A DNA stretch of 64,000 bases from Eledone cirrhosa. Lineage: Eukaryota. The stretch is from assembly GCA_964016885.1 (NCBI GenBank), contig OZ024741.1:314154001-314218000 (forward strand). Direction: 5' to 3'. The notes beneath the pieces were generated by a model. It was not told where the DNA came from. It made no database searches and was given only the letters and a program-made list of their open reading frames with translations. Of this stretch, positions 56,283 through 64,000 are shown one piece after another (the first letter of the stretch is position 1; each line of letters opens with the position of its first letter). The position numbers and the translations under genes are program-made.

Positions 56283-56437
56283 TTCATTATTTCTGAAGAC
56301 GGCGTATATATGAGTTAGGTATGTATATTTAATCTTGATAATTTGTATAATTTTGTATAATTTTGTACATAGATCTGTTAAATATGCATACCAATTATAA
56401 CACATATATACCCTAGAAACGATCGTTAAATAGTGAA
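56283..56437 (+). ncRNA. Type I hammerhead ribozyme with ~116-nt stem II
   Basis: TTCATTATTT-CTGAAGA-[56300-56415]-GAAA-CGATCG-TT-AAATAGTGAA: 10-bp stem I, palindromic stem III; insert pairs GTATATATG/CATATATAC and GGTATGTATATTTAA/TTAAATATGCATACC. Confidence 0.75.
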
Positions 56438-56482
56438 CTTTTTTTGTTTAATATAAGGAATTGTTTGTTCATTATTTGTTTA

Positions 56483-56513
<31 letters not shown>

Positions 56514-56625
56514 GGATTCACCGAACATTTATTATAATGCTCGGTGTATTTGTAAACAAACATCCCGCATTAAGCCATAGTGTCTAGCAACGATCGTTGC
56601 TCGTTTGTTCAACACTAACAAAGGA

Positions 56626-56668
56626 ACGCTGTACTAGTTTCAAGCTTATTAGCTATCGTCGGCAACGT
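56626..56668 (-). ncRNA. Type I hammerhead (U4C variant)
   Basis: ACGTTG-CCGACGA-T-AGCT-AATA-AGCT-T-GAAA-CTAG-TA-CAGCGT. Confidence 0.65.
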
Positions 56669-56916
56669 ATACCTTCCTGCCAGTTTGTTGAACGTATATA
56701 CTTACCTTATGCATATTAACGGTTGAGTAGCCCAATTTGCATATCGAGTGGGTTAATCGGCTGGGTGCACCGAAAACGATAAACGGAATAAAATTGAAAC
56801 GTATGGATTCACCGAACATTTATTATAATGCTCGGTGTGTTTGTAAACAAACATCCCGCATTAAGCCGTAGTGTCTTGCAACCATCGTTGCTCGTTTGTT
56901 CAACACTGACAAAGGA

Positions 56917-56959
56917 ACGTTGTACTAGTTTCAAGCTTATTAGCTATCGTCAGCAACGT
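56917..56959 (-). ncRNA. Type I hammerhead, intact
   Basis: ACGTTG-CTGACGA-T-AGCT-AATA-AGCT-T-GAAA-CTAG-TA-CAACGT. Confidence 0.85.
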
Positions 56960-57365
56960 ATACCTTCCTGCCAGATTGTTGAACGTATATACTTACCTTA
57001 TGCATATTAACGGCTGAGTAGCCCAATTTGCATATCGAGTGGGTTAATCGGCCGGGTGCACCGAAAACGATAAACGGAAAAATGAAACGAAATTTCTTTT
57101 CCCACTCTATATATATGTGTGCATGTATGTATATATATGTGTACATACTACTGTACGTCTGTATACATATATGTATGTACGTGTACATACTTATATTTAA
57201 GTAACAGCCGTAGTAAGAGTGGGAAATGAAATTTCGTTTCATTTTTTCGGTTTATCGTTTTCGGTGCACCCGGCCGATTAACCCACTCGATATGCAAATT
57301 GGGCTACTCAGCCGTTAATATGCATAAGGTAAGTATATACGTTAAACAATCTGGCAGGAAGGTAT

Positions 57366-57408
57366 ACGTTGCTGACGATAGCTAATAAGCTTGAAACTAG
57401 TACAGCGT
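57366..57408 (+). ncRNA. Type I hammerhead, intact
   Basis: ACGTTG-CTGACGA-T-AGCT-AATA-AGCT-T-GAAA-CTAG-TA-CAGCGT. Confidence 0.85.
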
Positions 57409-57736
57409 TCCTTTGTCAGTGTTGAACAAACGAGCAACGATGGTTGCTAGACACTAAGGCTTAATGCGGGATGTTTGTTTACAAACACACCGAGCATTAT
57501 AATAAACGTTCGGTGAATCCATACGTACATATATATATGTGTGCATGTATCTATATATATGTGTACATACTACTGTACGTCTGTATACATATATGTATGT
57601 ACGCGTACATACTTATATTTAAGTAACAGCCGTACTAAGAGTGGGAAATGAAATTTCGTTTAATTTTTTCCGTTTATATATATATATAAGAATACAAAAG
57701 CAAATATATGCGATCAGATACAGTGCTGTCCCCCCG

Positions 57737-57810
<74 letters not shown>

Positions 57811-58386
57811 AGCATTGTATCACATCGCATATATTTGCTTTTTTATTCTTTCCGTTCCTACACAAGATTCATGGCCATAGGTAAAGGCTGGTACAAAAAA
57901 ATCAAGTTGAAGATAGCGAGTTTGGCTTTTACACCTACCTCTCTTCTTCTTATCACTGGATGCTGAAGCTGGCGCATTGTAAATATATAGACAGAGAGAA
58001 ATAATATCCCCCGCAACGTAGAAAATTTAACTAGCCCAAGGCTGTATAAGTGGTGATGAGGTATTCCTTTAAATCTTCATCAACACTGCTTCACACCGCC
58101 TCCCGACACATCCAAATATCTTATATATAGAGTCACAAATCATAACACAACTTGAGATCAGTTTGACACTCGCTAACCGACGAATGCGAGAAAATTCTCT
58201 AGGAAAGTTAATCAAGAATCTTTAAAAATCTCCCCACCAAACTTAACAAAGAACTTACTAGATCTACAAAACCAAATTGTAAAATTATGATATTATAAAT
58301 AAAAGACGATTCTTTAGAACTACAGGTGAAGTCATTATTTTCCTTTTTTACAATATAGCCAACAGTACCTAGGATTTCACAAATTT

Positions 58387-58448
<62 letters not shown>

Positions 58449-58449
<1 letters not shown>

Positions 58450-59265
58450 GGGCAGGTAAAATTCCCGAGATCCATGGACGAGTTCTCTCCAGCGGTCTCT
58501 GTCCCTCATTATAGCTGCCATGTCCAGCGTCTTCAACAGACCAGTGTGTGTCCTTAGGGCACCAACGTATGTCAACCTCGGTCTTCCTCTTCCAGTGTGT
58601 CCATTCAGGGGCTCCCACAGGAGCACTGAGTGCAGTGTCAACTCTAGATGTCGGTGAACATGTCCAGCTAAACTCAGTCCCCTCTGTGCTACTCTCTAGC
58701 TGACCTTTGGGAAGCTCCCGTACAGCTCTGAGTTCTTCATCCTCAGTGTATACTGATTTATGTTCAGAGTCATCCTCAGCATTCTCGTGTAGCACCCATC
58801 CACCATCTGAGTGAGTTTCTTGGTCAGTGTCCAAGTCTCAGACTCATACAGCAGCACAGACTCTACTACAGCAGCGAAGAGACGGATCTTCAGGTCTTCA
58901 CGAAGGTCTGCCTTCCACACCGATATCAAATTGTGGCACGCCGCCTGGGCTTTGATCTTCCTGTCGAGCACATCATCTTCTGTATTCCCAATCTTTGCTC
59001 CCAGATACAGGAAGTCCTCAACCAATTCTAGCGGCTTCCCCCCTACATTAATAATCGTCTTTGGCTTCTTAATATTTTCTACCATATACTTCAGCTTAAT
59101 CTCATTCATTCTAAGCCCCACACTCATCGACACAGTCTCCGACTCCTGCATCAAATCCTCTGCCTCCTTCACTGTGTTTGTCACCAGAACTATGTCGTCG
59201 ACAAATTCAGCATACGATATCTTTTTCGCCTTAACTCTGCTCTTCTGACCCAATGTTACAGTAAA
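58449..59265 (-). mobile_element. 5'-truncated copy of the 42-45 kb RTE family
   Basis: EFVDDIVLV..FLYLGA..DGCYTRMLR..VHGSREFYLP then (TA)n. Confidence 0.9.
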
Positions 59266-60499
59266 AAGCAAGTGAGTTAATCCGGAGGAGACAAAGGGGA
59301 TTAGTTATGCAGATTTCTAGCCAGTATAGAGAAGGTTAATGTGTTCAATGCATATAGGTTGTTAGACTAATGAACCATGCGATTAAATGTAAAGAGAGAT
59401 AGTTAACAATCGTATAATATGCAGAGTAAAAAATTGTTTTAAAATGCTGGAGAGAATAACAAAGATTTATGAATACATGTATATATTTAATAGCTGTCAA
59501 GAATATCAATATCGCACATTTAAAGAAGGTTTTTCACTTCAGTGATATAATTTAATTTATGAATTAATATGTTATGAAGAATGTTTTTGTAGGCTCTGAT
59601 GGTAATATTGTCTCACTTATTTAGTCATTTTTAATGGACTAATATCGATTTATATTCGATATCCCAACATGTATGTCCATCCTTACTGTGCAATATTTGA
59701 AAAAACTTGTCAGCCATTAAATATATACATATATTTATAAATCTTTGTTATTCTCTCCAGCATTTTCAATACGATATCTATCTATATATATATATTATGA
59801 TGTCGTAGAATTGATAGCAGATCAGATTTTTAATGTTTACTATAGATTTCGATTTCTAGGTTTATGTTCTTGAAAACTTAAGATATGTTCTTCTTCATCC
59901 TTTCTAATCTGTCTTTTTAAGGTTGAGTGGGATACATAGGGCATCATCGTGATATAATCATCTGCTGAGACCCAGAATACACTTCTTCACATATCTCACG
60001 TGTTCGGTCAATGTTTTTTGCTTATTACATCAATGACCGAACTGAATTGCACGACTGTGACGTAAGTGTTGTAATTCGGTTTATGATCCTTCGGTGTTAT
60101 CCGCGTTTCTGCCGGTTGTTAGTATTCAATTCGATTTCCACATTGCGTCTGGTTACTATATAATTCATTTCTTCAATTGCCCTATCCAGATTTCACTTTA
60201 ACGTCTCTTTTTATATTTCTTACTTAATTCCCTACTTATGATTTCGATGTTTCTAATTCATCCATGCTGTATAGGTTATTTGTTTCATCAGCGTTGACAA
60301 AGTTGTATCCGATTGTTTCAGTTTATTTTTGTTTTCCTTTGGGGATTTTGTTCTCTGCAGATATATCTAGTGAATATGTGTTAGAAATGATGATGAAAAT
60401 TTCCTTCAAATGTGTATTTTGTAAACAAACAGCCCGCCGAATTAAGCCGTACAGTGTTCGGCAACCATCGTTGCCATTCTGTTCAACACTGATAAAGGA

Positions 60500-60542
60500 A
60501 CGATGAACTAGTTTCGAGCTTCTTAGCTGTCATCAACACCGT
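60500..60542 (-). ncRNA. Type I hammerhead with C3U core mutation
   Basis: ACGGTG-TTGATGA-C-AGCT-AAGA-AGCT-C-GAAA-CTAG-TT-CATCGT. Confidence 0.55.
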
Positions 60543-60923
60543 ATACCATGCTGTCAGATGATTGAACGTTTGAAAGTATATACTTTCCTTATGCATATTA
60601 ACGGCTGAGCAGCCTGTTCTGCATATCATGTGAGTTAGTCGGCCGGGCGCACCGAAAACAATAAATGGAAAAAATAAAATTTCATTTCTCACTCTTAGTA
60701 CGGCTGATACTTAAATGTAAGTATGTATACGTACATACATATATGTATACAGACGTACAGCCGTATGTATATATATAGATACATGCACACATATATATAT
60801 GTACGTATGGGTTTACCGAACATTTATTATAATGTTCGGTTTGTTTGTAAACAAACAGCCTGAATTAAGCCGTACAGTGTTCGGCAACCATCGTTGCCAT
60901 TTTGTTCCACACTGACAAAGGAT

Positions 60924-60965
60924 CGATGAACTAGTTTCGAGCTTCTTAGCTGTCATCAGCACCGT
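60924..60965 (-). ncRNA. Type I hammerhead, intact core
   Basis: CGGTG-CTGATGA-C-AGCT-AAGA-AGCT-C-GAAA-CTAG-TT-CATCG. Confidence 0.8.
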
Positions 60966-61225
60966 ATACCTTCCTGTCAGATGATTGAACGTTTGAAAGT
61001 ATATACTTTTCTTATGCATATTAACGGCTGAGCAGCCTAATTTGCATATCAAGTGCGATAGTCGGCCGGGCGCACCGAAAACAATAAATGGAAAAAATGA
61101 AATTTCATTTCTCACTCTTAGTACGGCTGATACTTAAATGTATTATCGTTTTCGGTGCGTCCGGCCGATTAACTCACTCGATATGCAAATTAGGCAGCTC
61201 AGCCGTTAATATGACTGCAAGTTAT

Positions 61226-61268
61226 ACAGTGCTGATGACAGCTAAGAAATTCGAAACTAGTTCATCGT
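61226..61268 (+). ncRNA. Type I hammerhead, stem II weakened
   Basis: ACAGTG-CTGATGA-C-AGCT-AAGA-AATT-C-GAAA-CTAG-TT-CATCGT. Confidence 0.6.
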
Positions 61269-61397
61269 TCCTTTTTCAGTGTTGAACAGAATGGCCACGA
61301 TGGTTGCCGAACACTGTACGGCTTAATTCGGGCTGTTTGTTTACAAACAAACCGAACATTATAATAAATGTTCGGTAAACCCATAAGTACATATATA

Positions 61398-61449
61398 ACA
61401 TGTTCAGATGGATGTTCTGCAGTTTATGTTGGTGACAATTGCCAACGAG
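61398..61449 (+). pseudogene. 3' half of a third EGF-like exon, truncated at the edge of retrozyme array B
   Basis: TCSDGCSAVYVGDNCQR G|gtatatcataaacttgttatgtatttacta, matching the 18782 exon and its downstream intron. Confidence 0.75.
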
Positions 61450-61476
61450 GTATATCATAAACTTGTTATGTATTTA

Positions 61477-61546
<70 letters not shown>

Positions 61547-61593
61547 TCACATACACACACACATACTCACATATATATATATTGTTTGCGCAC

Positions 61594-61698
<105 letters not shown>

Positions 61699-61830
61699 CG
61701 TATGTGTGTGTAAATATGATGTTTCATATATAAATTGCTTCTACAGGACTAGAATATTTCCAAAGAAATCATCAGGAAACAGCTTTCCCGATGATTACTT
61801 TTGAATGAAATAGTTCTAATAGTTCTAAAC

Positions 61831-61880
<50 letters not shown>

Positions 61881-61884
<4 letters not shown>

Positions 61885-62895
61885 AATGGCGTGCTGCGTT
61901 GTTGCAAATGGGGTACATATGAATAAAATTGGTCCTTCATTCGTGATCTTCCAACCGTCATTGGTATTTCTTCGCATTAAAGACCATATACCTCTCGTTG
62001 GTGCGAGCAATAACTAAAGAAAGTTATTGGGACACTTAAAATAGGGTGAAGTGAGCGAGACATGTAAACAAACAGAGATGGTAATGCAATGGAAAGAAAG
62101 GAAGAAAAGAAACAAGTCCGTGATATCTATGAACTTAAGATCGGTGAAATCATAGATGAGAGATACAGACCATCCGACCTGGGTGACATATGAGCGAGAA
62201 AAGGATTCACACAGGTCAAACGGAAGGAAGTGAGAGAGGGTGAAGCAGAGAGTGAGTGAGTGAAAGTGTGAGGAAGAGGCCAGCTGAGAGACAGTTACTG
62301 GCAGAAGGAGTAAAAAGAAGGTGAGAGATACAGAGAAAGGGGATTCAGTAAGAAAGAGACAGGTCACAGCGGAGGAAAAAATATAAATATATGTAAAACG
62401 GCGTGCTCCGTTGTTGCAAATGGGGTACATAAGAATAAAATTAGTCCTTCATCAGTGATCTTCCAACCGTAATTGGTATTACTTCGCATTAAAGATCATA
62501 TACCTCTCGTTGGTGCGAGCAATAACTAAAGAAAGTTATTGGGACACGTAAAATAGGGTGAAACGAGCGAGACATGTAAACAAACAGAGATGGTAATGCA
62601 ACGGAAAGAGAGGAAGAGGAGAAACAAGTTCGTGATATCTATGAATTTAAGTTCGGTGAAATCATAGACGAGAGATACAGACCATCCGACCTGGGTTAGA
62701 TGTGAGCGAGAAAAGTATTTCACACAGGTCAAACGGGAGAAAGTGAGAGAGGGGGAGTAGCAGAGAGTGAGTGAGTGAAAGTGTGAGGAAGCGGCCAGCT
62801 GAGAGAGAGCAACTGCCAGAGGGGGTAAAAAGAAGGTGAGAGATACAGAGAAAGGGGAAGCAGTAAGAAAGAAACATACAGGTCACAGCGGAGAA
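61881..62895. repeat. Tandem duplication, ~512-bp unit x2, purine-rich on the plus strand
   Basis: GGCGTGCT.CGTTGTTGCAAATGGGGTACATA in units starting at 61881 and 62393; duplicated ORF translations. Confidence 0.85.
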
Positions 62896-63347
62896 GAGAG
62901 CATTGTCTTGATAGCCATCAGAATCATAAACGAAGATCGTTGAGATTTACCCGCCCTTATCTCTGTTGGAAACCGTTAGACGGCTCTTCCTCATCAGTCT
63001 TCATTCATAGCTGAAGACTTTCAATTGTTTATTAATATTATACACCAGACCACCAGTGACCCATTGGGTCACATTCACTTTCAAAATGTTTTTTTTTAAA
63101 GTCTTGTTCGCTTAAAAATAATTGTTAAATGATTAGAATATACACAGACATGTATATAATGTGAAAAGAAACCGGAAAGCCCATATATATATATATATAT
63201 GTGTGTGTGTGCGTGTGTGTATAGATATATATAGATATGTGGGTGTCTGTGATCTATATACACTGGTCATATACATAGGCACACATACACACACACACAT
63301 ATATATATACACACACACACTCACATATATATATACACACACACACT

Positions 63348-63395
<48 letters not shown>

Positions 63396-64000
63396 TGTGT
63401 ACATATATATATATAAATGTACATGTGTACATATATATATATGTACATATGTACATGTGTGAACGCAAGCTATATGTGTGTGGGGGGAGGGGAGTGTGTG
63501 TAGGTCCACACAGATAAGTGTACGATTAATGGTTGGGAATGTCTCTATATTTGTGTGAGCACATGTGCGTGTGTGTATATGTATCGGGAAGCTGGCAAGC
63601 AAATGATTGGCATACGATATAATAAAAACTACTACACACATGAGTAATTTTGCCGATGATTTTGGGGGTGAGTGACAGCTCACGGCTGAAAGGAGATGGC
63701 TAGTGGGCAGATTACAGTGGTCAAGAATTATGATCACTTCAACAAACTATCGACGAATATGAGGGCCGCGCAAACAGGATGAAGGCAGATGATATAGTTT
63801 CGAAGATTCAGAGGCCTGCAGAAAGAGAATTTGCTTCGAAATCACTAGACGTATCTGAGGAACTGGCGAATCCAGAGTTTATCCCGGGATCAATTGGGGG
63901 TAGCCACAGTAAGAAAGGTAGTCATTACATAACAGAGTATAAATATTTAATATAGAAATAGCTTCTACAGGACTTGAGCTGTTTCCTTCGGGAGAAATCA

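Larger units (their letters stand above)
45806..56491. mobile_element. Giant fold-back insertion of a Hydra-like PLE: arms 45939-51126 and 51305-56491, 178-bp spacer, extra tail 45806-45938
   Basis: Mirror ORFs with constant coordinate sum (~102430); identical 500-aa proteins; (TA)n at both outer ends. Confidence 0.95.
56513..57675. mobile_element. Retrozyme-like array A: tandem ~422-nt units (one shortened to 291 nt) plus inverted block, 3 HHRs
   Basis: Direct repeats at 56513 and 56803; inversion at ~57107; period 422 (57119 and 57541); (TA)n at both ends. Confidence 0.85.
60420..61396. mobile_element. Retrozyme-like array B (second subfamily): ~423-nt tandem units plus inverted block, 3 HHRs
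   Basis: Period 423 (60505 and 60928); inversion at ~61142; colinear with array A. Confidence 0.85.

Noticed and set aside
45806-56491. Pure read fold-back artefact
   Set aside because: The mirror stops at the element 3' end, outer flanks differ, and the layout copies the 29.8-kb element; not fully excluded without reads
56513-57675. MITE, foldback DNA transposon or CRISPR interpretation of the arrays
   Set aside because: No terminal TIR/TSD, units are tandem and permuted, there are no unique spacers, and each unit carries an HHR

Overview
Eukaryotic, AT-rich, repeat-saturated animal DNA; the repeat content is most consistent with a coleoid cephalopod such as octopus (inference, not proven). 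It is almost all microsatellite plus mostly decayed mobile elements: RTE and L1/Tx1 LINEs, Penelope-like elements (PLEs) of Neptune-like and Hydra-like type, a Chapaev3-like and a hAT transposon relic, a Helitron and SINEs. The only host-gene signal is three paralogous phase-1 EGF-like (MEGF-type) exons about 20-22 kb apart (18782, 40996, 61398). The main structure not explained by the ORF track is a hammerhead-ribozyme (HHR) retroelement system. It comprises two arrays of a ~422-nt non-coding unit with one HHR per unit (retrozyme-like), a ~10.5-kb palindrome built from a Hydra-like PLE whose HHR has a ~116-nt stem II, and further HHR-bearing PLE termini. Six of these insertions share a head-to-head fold-back layout with 3' ends pointing outward, mostly into (TA)n. 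Most ORF-track entries (YI/CV/HT repeats) are microsatellite artefacts. All calls are by eye; boundaries of decayed elements are approximate.
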